Below are positions 8,698-19,009 of a stretch of 50,978 nt of DNA, piece by piece (the stretch's first letter is position 1; every line of letters starts with the position of its first letter). A program made the position numbers and the translations under genes. Origin of the DNA: a virus. The stretch is from positions 1-50,978 of the IMG/VR virus record IMGVR_UViG_2802429591_000001; one strand, written 5' to 3'. The notes under the pieces are model-generated. The model saw nothing but the letters and a program-made list of their open reading frames with translations, made no database searches and was not told the DNA's origin.

Positions 8698-9219
8698 ATG
8701 ACAGTTTGTAGTGATAAAACATTAAAAAGACTTATTCAAACAGAACAATTAGTAATTCGTCCATGTCCAGAAGATGAACAATATCAACCTGCTAGTATTG
8801 ATCTTAGACTTGCTAATGATTGGGTTAAACTAAAAAAAGGTTCTAAGATTAGTCATGTAAGATATGGTAGTAGTGAATATATTATCCAACCTGATGAATT
8901 CTTACTTGCACGTACATTAGAACATGTAGAAATACCGCCCCATATGGTAGGTCGTGTAGAGGGTAGAAGTAGTTATGGACGACTTGGTTTAATGATTCAT
9001 ATTACAGCAGGTTTTATTGATCCAGGTTTTAAAGGAACAATTACTCTTGAACTGAAAAATATTAGTAGTAAACCTATTATTCTTCATGAAGGTGATTGTA
9101 TTTGTCAACTTGTTATGGAGTATCTTGATTGTCCTTGTGAAGTTCCTTATAATGGGCATTATCAGAATCAAGAACTTTGTGGACGTAGTGTTTTATCTGA
9201 TAAATTTGTAAATGAATAA
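8698..9219 (+). CDS. dcd: dCTP deaminase (possibly bifunctional dCTP deaminase/dUTPase)
   Basis: QPASIDLRL, EGRSSYGRLGL and AGFIDPGFKGTITLEL motifs. Confidence 0.93.
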   Translation: MTVCSDKTLKRLIQTEQLVIRPCPEDEQYQPASIDLRLANDWVKLKKGSKISHVRYGSSEYIIQPDEFLLARTLEHVEIPPHMVGRVEGRSSYGRLGLMIHITAGFIDPGFKGTITLELKNISSKPIILHEGDCICQLVMEYLDCPCEVPYNGHYQNQELCGRSVLSDKFVNE

Positions 9220-9241
9220 AATATGGGAGATTTTGTTATAA

Positions 9242-9748
9242 ATGTTTAATGAAAATGAATTACATCAATGTAATAATTGTGGTAACTGCAGCCATGAACA
9301 TGTAAATATTAATACTGGTTCTGATGTATTTGTTAAGTATGAAGAATTACTTGAAAATGCTAAACATGTAATGAGTGATACTGAAATAACTTTTAAAGAA
9401 TATATTAACAATTTAAATGATTTTGAATATAAAATATCTGTTCTAAAAAATGATATGGATTATATGGCAGATATGATTGATGTACTTAATAAGAAACTTA
9501 AAAATATACATGAAAGTTCATTAGCTCTTAATCATAATGTGGATTTTTTGGTGTCTAAATATATTTCAGATTGTAATGATGAAAAAGTACATTCTGATAT
9601 TGATTGGATTATGGAATATGCTATTGATGATTCATTAACTGAATCTGATTTAATTGATTTATTATGTGATCATGAAGGTTTTTCCAGTGAAGATATTCTT
9701 TATATTATTAGACGTTTTAATAATCTTAAACGTAGTAGAGAGGAGTAA
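9242..9748 (+). CDS. Hypothetical coiled-coil protein
   Basis: N-terminal CNNCGNCxHxH cluster, heptad-like central region, RBS GGAG. Confidence 0.65.
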   Translation: MFNENELHQCNNCGNCSHEHVNINTGSDVFVKYEELLENAKHVMSDTEITFKEYINNLNDFEYKISVLKNDMDYMADMIDVLNKKLKNIHESSLALNHNVDFLVSKYISDCNDEKVHSDIDWIMEYAIDDSLTESDLIDLLCDHEGFSSEDILYIIRRFNNLKRSREE

Positions 9749-9756
9749 TTTAAATT

Positions 9757-10287
9757 ATGGCTGAATATATAGTATTTGAAGGAATTGATGGAGCGGGTAA
9801 ATCTTCTCTTATAGAACTTCTTCATGATAAATTAATTAATGATGGATATAATGTATTATGTATCCGTGAACCATCACATGAAATTTTAACTAATCCTAAT
9901 GATGATGTTATTTCAACACTTGAATTTGCATTAGATCGTATGAAACAATTTAAACGTATTGATTTTGAAGCATATGATTATGTTATTAGTGATCGTTCTT
10001 TTTATAGTAATATTGCATACCAGGGTACATCTGAATCTAAAATAGAATGGATTGTTGGTGTTAATAGTTTTGCACGTCGTCCTGATCGTTTTATTTTTGT
10101 TGATATTGCTGGGGATACTAGTTGTAAACGTGAATTAGGATTTGTTGATCCTGATATGGCTTTATTCCTTGATTGTTGTCGTGAACGTTATCTTTATTTA
10201 CTTCCAGATAATCATTTACTTCTTGATGGTAATGTTTCTTTTGAAGATAATTTAGAACGTATTATGTTATATCTTTTGAGGGGATGA
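9757..10287 (+). CDS. tmk: Thymidylate (dNMP) kinase
   Basis: P-loop IVFEGIDGAGKSS, REP, and DRSFYSNIAYQG. Confidence 0.9.
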   Translation: MAEYIVFEGIDGAGKSSLIELLHDKLINDGYNVLCIREPSHEILTNPNDDVISTLEFALDRMKQFKRIDFEAYDYVISDRSFYSNIAYQGTSESKIEWIVGVNSFARRPDRFIFVDIAGDTSCKRELGFVDPDMALFLDCCRERYLYLLPDNHLLLDGNVSFEDNLERIMLYLLRG

Positions 10288-10293
10288 TTAATA

Positions 10294-10812
10294 TTGGAGT
10301 TTATAAAATGTGAAGAGTGTGGTGGTAAGTTATTATTTGATGTTTTACATCATGAATATTATTGTAAAGATTGTGGACTTGTTGTTGATGAGCCTTATTA
10401 TTTGGTTGATGAACATGATTTTAATCCTATTCGTACTCGTCATGATTATTGGAATTGGAATGATACTCCTTTTCTTCATAAAGTTGGTTGTAAATCATGG
10501 AATAATTCTAGTGTATATAGGCAGCAACGTAAGAATTTGTGTCTTAGATATATTATGAGTTATCTTGAACTTAATAGTGATGAAAAGAAATTTGTATATT
10601 ATATTTTGGATCATTTAACTTTAAAAGAATTACATGGTAATGCTTCTTGTAATACTATTTATGCTGGTGTTTGTAGGTATGTTTTAAAGTGTAGTCGTCC
10701 TTTGATTCTTAGACAGTTTTGGTATTCTACTGGTATTTTTAGAGATGTTGGTCTTACTGCTAGGGTTTTTCATGTTATTGAAAATAATATTATGAGTAAA
10801 ATTAGTGGTTAA
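10294..10812 (+). CDS. Truncated TFB/TFIIB-like protein (Zn ribbon plus one cyclin-like repeat)
   Basis: CEECGG...EYYCKDCGLVVDE is a TFIIB Zn ribbon. LELNS...LHGNASCNTIYAGVCRYV resembles a TFIIB cyclin repeat. TTG start. Confidence 0.7.
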   Translation: MEFIKCEECGGKLLFDVLHHEYYCKDCGLVVDEPYYLVDEHDFNPIRTRHDYWNWNDTPFLHKVGCKSWNNSSVYRQQRKNLCLRYIMSYLELNSDEKKFVYYILDHLTLKELHGNASCNTIYAGVCRYVLKCSRPLILRQFWYSTGIFRDVGLTARVFHVIENNIMSKISG

Positions 10813-11173
10813 ATTATTTATTTTTTGATTTATCTTTCTTATATATCTAGGATTTTGTTTTTATCTTTGTAATTGTTTCTTTTTTGGTTTTTATTTGATT
10901 TCCTTGTTTATTTGTTTTAGTTGCTATGTAGTAATATAATTAATGAGAAAGGTTTTATTTTATTTTATATATGATTTATTATTTTTTTTTTAATCCTTTT
11001 AATGAGAATTAATGATTATCTTACAAAAAAAACTAATTAAAGATAAAATTAAAAGTAGGGAAAAAAAGTACTTTCTCATATTATTTTCTAAAGAAGATAA
11101 ATGAAATGTTAAAGAATATTTTTTAAGGGAAATTATAAAAAAAACTATTTAAAAGGGAGGTATGTTACATTAA

Positions 11174-11401
11174 ATGATTTACAATAATCAAACAATAATA
11201 GCAATACTTCTAGGTGTAGGTTTACTTGGTGGAATATATTTAAGAGATCAAAATATTATTCTTACAATCAGTGGTGCATTGGCTGGTATGCTTACTGTTT
11301 CTAAAAGTGATAAAGTTACAGAAGTACAAAAAACAACAATTATACCACCTGATGAACAAATACAAGAAAAAGAATCTATACCTGTTGATGAAGGAGCATA
11401 G
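11174..11401 (+). CDS. Small two-TM membrane protein, holin-like
   Basis: Two short hydrophobic helices with a charged C-tail. RBS GGGAGG. Confidence 0.5.
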   Translation: MIYNNQTIIAILLGVGLLGGIYLRDQNIILTISGALAGMLTVSKSDKVTEVQKTTIIPPDEQIQEKESIPVDEGA

Positions 11402-11480
11402 TACTATATAATTTTATTTAAGGGCGGGAAATTATCTTTTTTTCATTTTTGTAATGTAATATGTATATTTAAAAGAATAA

Positions 11481-11912
11481 ATGATTAACAGATTCCGACT
11501 AGGCTTGCTTAAAAACAACAATATAAATAGTAATAAAATAGAAGATGAAGGCATGGATAATAAAATATCAAATGAAGATAAACTTCATAAAATTGAATAT
11601 AGAGTATCTGTGCTTGAAAAAGATAGTGAAAGACAATACAAAGCTACAACAGAAACACTAGAACATATAAGCACACAATTAAATGAAATAACTGTTTATA
11701 TGCGTGATACTTATGCAGAAAGTAAAGTAACTGAACGTGCATTAAAAGAACATGTTCATGATATAGCAAGACTTGAAAATGAACTTAAAGAAAGTAAAAT
11801 TGAACTTCATGAAGAAATAATTAGTGTTGATCAAGCACAACGTAAATGGTTGTATGGTGTAGTTATGGCTGTTTTTAGTGTACTTGCTGCTCAACTTCTT
11901 ATATTACACTAA
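11481..11912 (+). CDS. Coiled-coil protein with C-terminal TM helix (XhlA/holin-accessory-like)
   Basis: Heptads (IEYRVSVLEK, IARLENELKE), then WLYGVVMAVFSVLAAQLLIL. The true start may be a downstream Met. Confidence 0.5.
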   Translation: MINRFRLGLLKNNNINSNKIEDEGMDNKISNEDKLHKIEYRVSVLEKDSERQYKATTETLEHISTQLNEITVYMRDTYAESKVTERALKEHVHDIARLENELKESKIELHEEIISVDQAQRKWLYGVVMAVFSVLAAQLLILH

Positions 11913-11965
11913 AAAAAAGAGCGTAAGGATTTAGAATAGGTAGGAGATTATCAAAGGTTATTATT

Positions 11966-13345
11966 ATGTTAGTAAATTATGATGAATTACAACAAAAAAT
12001 CACCGATGAACAAAAAGGACTATATGGACTAACAATATTAGATAATCCTTATATACCTGTAGATCCTTACCGCGAACAAGCACTTACAATCATGGATGAC
12101 AGTGCATTTAAACTAATTAGTGGAAGTGCATTCAGTGGAAAAAGTATGCTTCTTGCAATTCTTGCCGTACAATATCTTACACTCCCAGATTATAGATGTG
12201 TAATAATGCGTAACACTTATGACCAACTAATGGCTCCAGGTGGTGTTATGGATACTCTTAAAGATTGGCTTTTGCAAGAAGAAGATATTACTGATTCTAG
12301 AGGAAATGTTGTACAAAAAGGACTTGGAGATCTTACATGTACTTTTAATCAACGTAATAAATGTTTTATAAGTCCTATGGGTGGACGTATTTATTATGAC
12401 TTTGCAAATAGACCTGGTGTACTTAACAAATTTAGGGGAAATACATATCAACGAATTATTGTAGATGAAGGTACAGAACTTGATCCAGAAATTCTTGACT
12501 TTCTTCCTCGTAGTTTAAGACGTGATTATGGTGTTAGTATTCCTCTTAATTATATTATTGCTACTAACCCTAGTCTTAGCCGTGGACGTGAATATATAAA
12601 ACCTAACTTTGTTGATGATAATAGTCCTAATCCATATTTTAGATTAGACTTTAAAATGAATCCACACATAAGAGCAGATGAATATGATGCAATGCTTTCA
12701 CGTATGAGTCCACTCCAACAAGCATTTATGCGTTATGGAGATTGGGATTTTGTATTAGATGAAGGACTTTTACTTACACGTAAACAATTTGAAGATGCAA
12801 CAATAAATGAAACAGATTATAATTGTAGTAATTGTTCTTATGGTGTGATTGGTGTTGATCTTGCTGCTACTGGTTCTGACAAAACAAGTATAACTTATAT
12901 GATGTATATGAATGATGGAAAAATAGTTATTCATGATAATATTCTTATTAGTGATAGTTTTGTAGAAGAACCTCTTATTCAATTTATAGAAAAACAACCA
13001 TTAGTTCATACTGTAGTATTTGAAAAAGAAGGTGGAAGTGCAGCAGAGTATAGTAAAAAACACTTTGAAAATGTTTTATTTGATGTACAACAAAGATGTC
13101 ACTTTTTTATTGAATTTAGTAATGTAACTGAAAATAAATTTGAACGTGCTAGACCTTTAGCAAGAGGAATAAGACAAGAACATGTACTTATTAAACGTAG
13201 TCTTGATAATTATAATACATTACTTAAACAATTTATGTATGTTACACCAGATAAAACAAAGATGCGTGAATTTGCAAGTCCTGATATGCTTGATTCATGC
13301 ACAATAGGATTTAATTATCTTAATCAGTTATTGGGGATTATATGA
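11966..13345 (+). CDS. terL: Terminase large subunit
   Basis: Walker A SGSAFSGKS, Walker B IIVDE, coupling motif IATNP, RNase H-like GVDLA and C-terminal PDMLDS. Confidence 0.92.
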   Translation: MLVNYDELQQKITDEQKGLYGLTILDNPYIPVDPYREQALTIMDDSAFKLISGSAFSGKSMLLAILAVQYLTLPDYRCVIMRNTYDQLMAPGGVMDTLKDWLLQEEDITDSRGNVVQKGLGDLTCTFNQRNKCFISPMGGRIYYDFANRPGVLNKFRGNTYQRIIVDEGTELDPEILDFLPRSLRRDYGVSIPLNYIIATNPSLSRGREYIKPNFVDDNSPNPYFRLDFKMNPHIRADEYDAMLSRMSPLQQAFMRYGDWDFVLDEGLLLTRKQFEDATINETDYNCSNCSYGVIGVDLAATGSDKTSITYMMYMNDGKIVIHDNILISDSFVEEPLIQFIEKQPLVHTVVFEKEGGSAAEYSKKHFENVLFDVQQRCHFFIEFSNVTENKFERARPLARGIRQEHVLIKRSLDNYNTLLKQFMYVTPDKTKMREFASPDMLDSCTIGFNYLNQLLGII

Positions 13346-14778
13346 AATCTAATTATACATTAAGTAAAGATTATAAAGAAACAAAGATGGGTGTTGATGG
13401 ATACCTTTCTGAACAATTAAAGCATATATCACAACAGCAAAGTATTAAACCTAATGATGATACACTTCAAACACGTATTTATCCTCTTGTTCCATTATCT
13501 GAAACACGTTATATTTATGATCATTGTAGTATGCTTCGTAAAATTATAGAAGTAGAAGCACAGGATGTAATACTTAATGATTATACACTTTCAGATAGTG
13601 AAGAAGATACATACAACTTTGATATGTTTTGGAATGAAAAAAATAAATACCAATTATATCTTGCAACAATTGAATTTTATCTTTATGGATATGGATGTTG
13701 TGAACTTAAAACAACTGAAGATGAAAATGGTAATATAAAATTTTATTCATTAACACAAATTTCTGCACCTACAGTTCAAGTTATACGAGAGAAATATGAA
13801 ATCCCAGGCGTTGCAGGAGGGGTAGATTTCTTTTATTTAACACAAGAAGTAGGAAGTCGGCGTGTAAAACTTAGATTTTCACATAAGGATTATGCTTTGT
13901 TAGATGAGAATGAAATAGAAGATTATAGTACTGGTTATGCTCTTTGGATAGGTTCTGGTATTGAAAGTGAATGGTTTGCAAGTCCTTTATGGCTTCAATG
14001 TAAAAATAGTTTACTTACAAGTATCATGGTTGATGATTTAAATAATGAGAAAATTTACAATGGAAATATTCCAGCTGGTGTAATGGTTTTCACAGGGCCT
14101 CCACAAATTAATCGTGAAGGTGAACCACGTATTGAAGATAAACTTAAAGAAGATCTTCGAAGTTGTGGTAGTGGAACTGTATTTAGTTATATTACAAGTA
14201 GTAGTAATACTACTAAAGTAGAATGTGATTATACTGCTCTTGAAGATAAGAATTATGAATATTTACAAGGTCTTAAAGATGATGCTATTCAAACAATTCT
14301 TTCAGTTTATGCTATTCCTAAGATTCGTTTAATGATTGATGATGTTAAAGAATCTATGAATAGTAATAAGAGTGAAACTATTTATGAAGTATATAATAAA
14401 TCTCTTATGCTTCAACAGTCTTTCTTTAAACAAATCATTAACAGATTTAATCATGTATACCTCGGAGTGCATAGTGATATAGTTATGGGTTTACCTGAAT
14501 TTGTAGAAAAAACAAGTTCACAAACTGATATGATCATGCAGTTATGGGATAAAGGATTACTTACATTAAGACAAGCAGTTCAAGAAATAGGAGATATACT
14601 TCCAAATATTGATCTTGATGAATTAATTGGCGATGAATATTATATGGATCAAAGATTTTACCAAGGTAAATTACTTGGAAGTGTAGAAGGTATTGATGAA
14701 AGTTATGATACTGTTACAGATGAAGTAAATGAAGCATTTCAAAAGTTAAAACGTTCAGATGATGAATTCAAACTATAA
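13342..14778 (+). CDS. Portal protein
   Basis: Directly follows terL with an ATGA overlap, 478 aa. LYGYGCCEL, NGNIPAGVMV and YAIPKIRL are portal-like segments. Confidence 0.85.
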   Translation: MKSNYTLSKDYKETKMGVDGYLSEQLKHISQQQSIKPNDDTLQTRIYPLVPLSETRYIYDHCSMLRKIIEVEAQDVILNDYTLSDSEEDTYNFDMFWNEKNKYQLYLATIEFYLYGYGCCELKTTEDENGNIKFYSLTQISAPTVQVIREKYEIPGVAGGVDFFYLTQEVGSRRVKLRFSHKDYALLDENEIEDYSTGYALWIGSGIESEWFASPLWLQCKNSLLTSIMVDDLNNEKIYNGNIPAGVMVFTGPPQINREGEPRIEDKLKEDLRSCGSGTVFSYITSSSNTTKVECDYTALEDKNYEYLQGLKDDAIQTILSVYAIPKIRLMIDDVKESMNSNKSETIYEVYNKSLMLQQSFFKQIINRFNHVYLGVHSDIVMGLPEFVEKTSSQTDMIMQLWDKGLLTLRQAVQEIGDILPNIDLDELIGDEYYMDQRFYQGKLLGSVEGIDESYDTVTDEVNEAFQKLKRSDDEFKL

Positions 14779-14799
14779 AAAGAAGAGGTTTAAAATAAA

Positions 14800-15693
14800 A
14801 TGAATTCTGATGTACTGAAACTTTTTCGTTATCGTGATGCTTGTTATATCATGAAAAGTCGTAGAGATCCTGTTACATGGATATTGCATCAGTATATGCT
14901 TTATAAATTAATAAGTGCATGGCGTGATGATGAAAATTTATTTGAATCTGTTAAAGATTATGCTAGTTTTACTGATAATGATATGATTAAAACATTATTT
15001 GCAGGATTAGTTATAGGTTCATTATTTAGAAGTGGACGACCTCTTGTAAATGATAATAATATTACATCATATCTAAGATCAGCTAATGAAACACATATTA
15101 ATAATCGTATTAGTCGTAATATTGTTAATGATAAACGTATTAGTAATGATATAGGTGTAACATGGAAACTTAGAAATCTTACACAACAATTAAATAAATT
15201 CTTAATACCTCATCAAATACAACATGCAGAAAATATGGCTGATCAAGTATTACGTACAACAAAAGTTACTAGTAAAATGGCAATTAATGTAGTACGAGAA
15301 TATGTAAAAAGAGGAACTGGACGATTTAAAGATTTTGATGCAATAAGAAGAAGTAAGATACGAACAGAACAATTACAACGTAATTTTCATATGACTATAG
15401 ATCAAACTGTAGATTATCATAAAATGCAATTATTACCAAATCGTTGGAAACCTGCACGTAAAATATGGGTATGGCATCCAAACGAAGCAACAAGACATAG
15501 TAGTATGAGTGGTGCTACAGTTGATTTAGATGAAGATTTTAAAGTTGTTAGTGATGCTGGACGTTGTCCTATTGCTTATATGCGTTTTCCTCATGATAGT
15601 CATGCACCTGTGTGTCAAACTGCTAATTGTTATTGTACTGTAAGGTATGAAAAGGCAGACGGTACACCTGTTCGTGTAAATGTATTTAAATAG
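14800..15693 (+). CDS. MuF-like minor head protein
   Basis: Follows the portal. KIWVWH...TRHSSMSG and C-terminal P.HD...ANCYC pattern. Confidence 0.7.
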   Translation: MNSDVLKLFRYRDACYIMKSRRDPVTWILHQYMLYKLISAWRDDENLFESVKDYASFTDNDMIKTLFAGLVIGSLFRSGRPLVNDNNITSYLRSANETHINNRISRNIVNDKRISNDIGVTWKLRNLTQQLNKFLIPHQIQHAENMADQVLRTTKVTSKMAINVVREYVKRGTGRFKDFDAIRRSKIRTEQLQRNFHMTIDQTVDYHKMQLLPNRWKPARKIWVWHPNEATRHSSMSGATVDLDEDFKVVSDAGRCPIAYMRFPHDSHAPVCQTANCYCTVRYEKADGTPVRVNVFK

Positions 15694-15778
15694 AACATAA
15701 AAAAAACTTTTTCAAGCATTTTTAAAGATTTTGAAGAAAAAAAAATAAAATAAAAAAATTTATAGGAATAATAAGAAT

Positions 15779-16993
15779 ATGAGTCTTAATCAAAATGATT
15801 ATATTTATATAAGGGCTTGTGTTGTTGCAAATGGAATACCAGATCAAGATGGGGATAAATTAAACAAAGAAGATATTAAAAGAATCTTTTCAAATTCCAT
15901 TCATCTTAGTTGTGATGTAAACCATGATTTTATACCACGTGATGGAATAGATATCCTAGAAAATAGTATAACAGATAGTGATGAAAAATTAGGAGATATC
16001 ACTGTACCATCTGGTAGTTGGATGGTAACTATTCGTACAAATAATAAAGATATAATTAAATTAATACAAAACGGGGAATTAAGAGGAACAAGTCTTACTG
16101 GAATTCCTGACCGTGATTTAGATGTACACAGTATGGATAGAGTTACATATGCTGATATTAAAAAGTATGATAAACTTAATCCTACTTTTATATCAATTGT
16201 AGAAGAGGGAAATAATCGTATTCCTTTTGTTGTTATGGATTATAATACATATGTTACTAAAGGTTCTCAGCAACTTTCTTATAATGATCTTGTTGCTGTA
16301 ATTAAACAATTTATTCCAAATGAACAAAGACCAGAACAAGCAGATTTAACTAGAACACAAGTTCTATCAGATAGAAAAAATGGTGATAATGTGGATAATG
16401 AAACACAAAAAGTAGAAGAAAAAGTAGTTGATAATGAACAAATTACTAAAAAAGATCTTCGTTCATTCCTTGATGGTATCCGTGAAATGATTGGTAAACC
16501 AGCACAAGGAACAGAAGAAGAAAAAGTAGAAGAAGTAAAAAAAGAAGCAACACCAACCACAGATGAAGATGAGAAAGTTGATGATGTTGCTGTTGAAAAA
16601 GAAGCTGTAGTTGAAGAAGAAAAAGTAGAAGATGTAGCACCAACAACAAAAAAAGGTGGTATTGATGAAGCTGTTATTATGTCTAAAATGGATGCTCTTC
16701 TTGAAGCTATGAGTAAAATTGTTGATGAGATAGGTAATAATGTTGAAGATGTTGCTGTTGAAAAAAAAGCAGTAAAAGGAAAAGATTCTAAAGGCTGTGC
16801 TGTTGAAAAAGAATCAGTAGATGAAACAGTTGAAAAAGAAGAAGATGATGATGTTCAACCTGTAACTAAATCCATTAAAAAAGGAACATCTGAAACTATT
16901 AAACCTGAAATTATAGGCTCTGAAAATAAACCTGAAAGACGTGATTTTGCATATCTTACAGGACGTGATCCATTCACATTTAGAAAATTATAA
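15779..16993 (+). CDS. Prohead protease (XkdF-like) fused to acidic scaffold region
   Basis: PDQDGD, DVNHD, GSWMV and GELRGTSLTG motifs. Long E/K/D-rich C-terminal half. Immediately upstream of the major capsid gene. Confidence 0.8.
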   Translation: MSLNQNDYIYIRACVVANGIPDQDGDKLNKEDIKRIFSNSIHLSCDVNHDFIPRDGIDILENSITDSDEKLGDITVPSGSWMVTIRTNNKDIIKLIQNGELRGTSLTGIPDRDLDVHSMDRVTYADIKKYDKLNPTFISIVEEGNNRIPFVVMDYNTYVTKGSQQLSYNDLVAVIKQFIPNEQRPEQADLTRTQVLSDRKNGDNVDNETQKVEEKVVDNEQITKKDLRSFLDGIREMIGKPAQGTEEEKVEEVKKEATPTTDEDEKVDDVAVEKEAVVEEEKVEDVAPTTKKGGIDEAVIMSKMDALLEAMSKIVDEIGNNVEDVAVEKKAVKGKDSKGCAVEKESVDETVEKEEDDDVQPVTKSIKKGTSETIKPEIIGSENKPERRDFAYLTGRDPFTFRKL

Positions 16994-17092
16994 ACTCCAA
17001 TTTTTTTGATATTTGAAATAAGAAAAAGAATTAAAAAAAAATAAAATATTGAATTTTAATAAAAATAATAATTTAAACGGATTTAGATATTT

Positions 17093-18322
17093 ATGTATAA
17101 AAAATTTAATGATTCAGAATATGTAAAAGGAACAATACCAACTGATGCAATAAGAAATCAACAACATTTTGTAATGAAATGGGATAAAGGATATCCAACA
17201 ACATCAAATGATGCAACAACAATGTTTAAACCTGGATATAAACAACAAGCTGAAGCAGATTCATTTATTGCAGAAGTAACAGAAGATTCTGTTATATTTG
17301 ATAATAGTCGATTTATGCCACTTGATACAGTAGAATTTGATTTCAGTTTCCTTGATGCTGAAGCTAACTTTTATTCAATGAGAGATTTAACTGGAGCAAG
17401 TGCAGGTAATCAAGTAGCACCTTTTGACTCTCCAAATGTATCTGAAAATGTACCAACATTTAAAAGATCAAGTTTATACTGTAAACCATTAGTATCATAT
17501 TCAACAACACCATGGTTAATGGTACAAGAAAATCTTGAAGGAGATAGATTTTTACAATCTTTCCAATCACAAGTAACAGAAAGACTAAAATTTAACTTAG
17601 AACTTATTTCACTTTATGGTGTAAATGATCCTACAAAAGGAAAACAAGGAATAAACATTATTGATGGTATGTTTAAACAATTAAAAGATCAATATGACAA
17701 TGCTTATAAAACAAACTATCAAACAAATGTAAGAACACCTCAAGGTGTATATTGTGGAATAAATGGTGGAGATTTCACAGCAAAAGATCCTGTAAAAATA
17801 GATTTTACAAAAACATTAGCAACAGATGGAACTGATGCAGTTGTACAACTTGAAGATATGTTAACACAATTTGGTGTACAAAAAGGAAATAGAAGTAAAG
17901 CAAAATTCTATATGTCAAATGAAGCTTATGCTAAACTTATTCAAATAGCACAAAAACGTGAAACACAAATGGCTGATGCTCTTTACTTTGAAGGTGGAGA
18001 ACTTAAAATTTGGAATACACCTGTTGTTGTTTGTGATGCTTTTGATTATAAAGTAAATGAATTTGGTAATAATATTCTTCTTGCTGATCTTGATTCATTT
18101 GTAATTGGTATGAAACGTGATGTTGAAACACAATCAGAATTTAACCTTAGAAATCAAGCTTATGATACAGTAACAAGAGTTTACTTTGATAATCTTGTAT
18201 TAAGACCTAAAGATTTACTTTATGCTGAATGTTCTGGACTTCCAAGTCAAGCTACTGTTCCAGCTGGTGGTTCATCTTCATCTAGTGGTTCATCATCTAC
18301 CGGCGGTTCAGATAAAACCTAA
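17093..18322 (+). CDS. Major capsid protein (HK97 fold)
   Basis: Size and position. FYMSN...IWNTPVV...ILLADL...FVIG...YFDNLV is a typical HK97-MCP pattern. Gly/Ser C-tail. Confidence 0.85.
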   Translation: MYKKFNDSEYVKGTIPTDAIRNQQHFVMKWDKGYPTTSNDATTMFKPGYKQQAEADSFIAEVTEDSVIFDNSRFMPLDTVEFDFSFLDAEANFYSMRDLTGASAGNQVAPFDSPNVSENVPTFKRSSLYCKPLVSYSTTPWLMVQENLEGDRFLQSFQSQVTERLKFNLELISLYGVNDPTKGKQGINIIDGMFKQLKDQYDNAYKTNYQTNVRTPQGVYCGINGGDFTAKDPVKIDFTKTLATDGTDAVVQLEDMLTQFGVQKGNRSKAKFYMSNEAYAKLIQIAQKRETQMADALYFEGGELKIWNTPVVVCDAFDYKVNEFGNNILLADLDSFVIGMKRDVETQSEFNLRNQAYDTVTRVYFDNLVLRPKDLLYAECSGLPSQATVPAGGSSSSSGSSSTGGSDKT

Positions 18323-18466
18323 TGAGTATAATTAATAAACTTTTGATTAAAATATAATATTAAATAATTACTACTTATTTAATAAAAGCAAAGTCTAAGA
18401 ATAAACTACATACTCTAATAAAATACAAAATAAATATAATATGATATAGCTAAGGAGGTTATATTT

Positions 18467-18991
18467 ATTAAACCAAAAACAAAAAAAGAAGAAGTAGAAA
18501 GACTACCACAATGTCAAGTTATCCTAACTGATGGAAAAAAAGAATATACAGGTACAACAGACAAAAATGGATATTTCAATTTTAAAGGAATACCAGATGG
18601 TAAATATACACTTAACATAAACAAAGAAGGATACGAACCATACACATACCCTGAACCATTAATTCTATCAAATCATACACTAGATGTAAATTTAAGATGT
18701 GGATTAACACCTATTAGTGAACCTGAAACAATTGATATAAGATTCGAATTATCAACAAAACCAGGAACAAATGCACAAATAACACTTGTTGATGTTGAAG
18801 ATGAAACAAATATTTATTCAAATATATTAGCAGAAGATAGTGAAGTAATATTAATACCTAATGTAGCTTATGGAACATATGAAATGCTTTGTTTATGTGA
18901 TGGATATAAAGAAGTAATTCAAACTATACAAGTAGATCAAAGAAATAATAATCCACGTACAATTACAATTAAACTAGAAAAAGAAGAATAA
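18467..18991 (+). CDS. Two-domain Ig/transthyretin-like beta-sandwich protein (putative capsid decoration), non-canonical start
   Basis: Open frame from 18440 to TAA 18991, absent from the ORF track. RBS AGGAGGT at 18453-59. No in-frame ATG/GTG/TTG for about 140 codons. TTDKNGYFNFKGIPDGKYTLNINKEGYEP and PNVAYGTYEMLCLCDGYKE resemble CarboxypepD_reg/PEGA-like repeats. Confidence 0.7.
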   Translation: MKPKTKKEEVERLPQCQVILTDGKKEYTGTTDKNGYFNFKGIPDGKYTLNINKEGYEPYTYPEPLILSNHTLDVNLRCGLTPISEPETIDIRFELSTKPGTNAQITLVDVEDETNIYSNILAEDSEVILIPNVAYGTYEMLCLCDGYKEVIQTIQVDQRNNNPRTITIKLEKEE

Positions 18992-19009
18992 AAATGGGTA
19001 TCATTTATT

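Noticed and set aside
561-13345. Inteins or introns in the helicase, NrdD or TerL
   Set aside because: Lengths are normal, motifs are contiguous, and no C...HN intein ends or LAGLIDADG motifs were seen.
18320-18466. Read-through fusing the capsid protein to the downstream Ig-like ORF (same frame)
   Set aside because: Several in-frame stops intervene (TAA 18320, TGA 18323, TAA 18329, TAA 18437).
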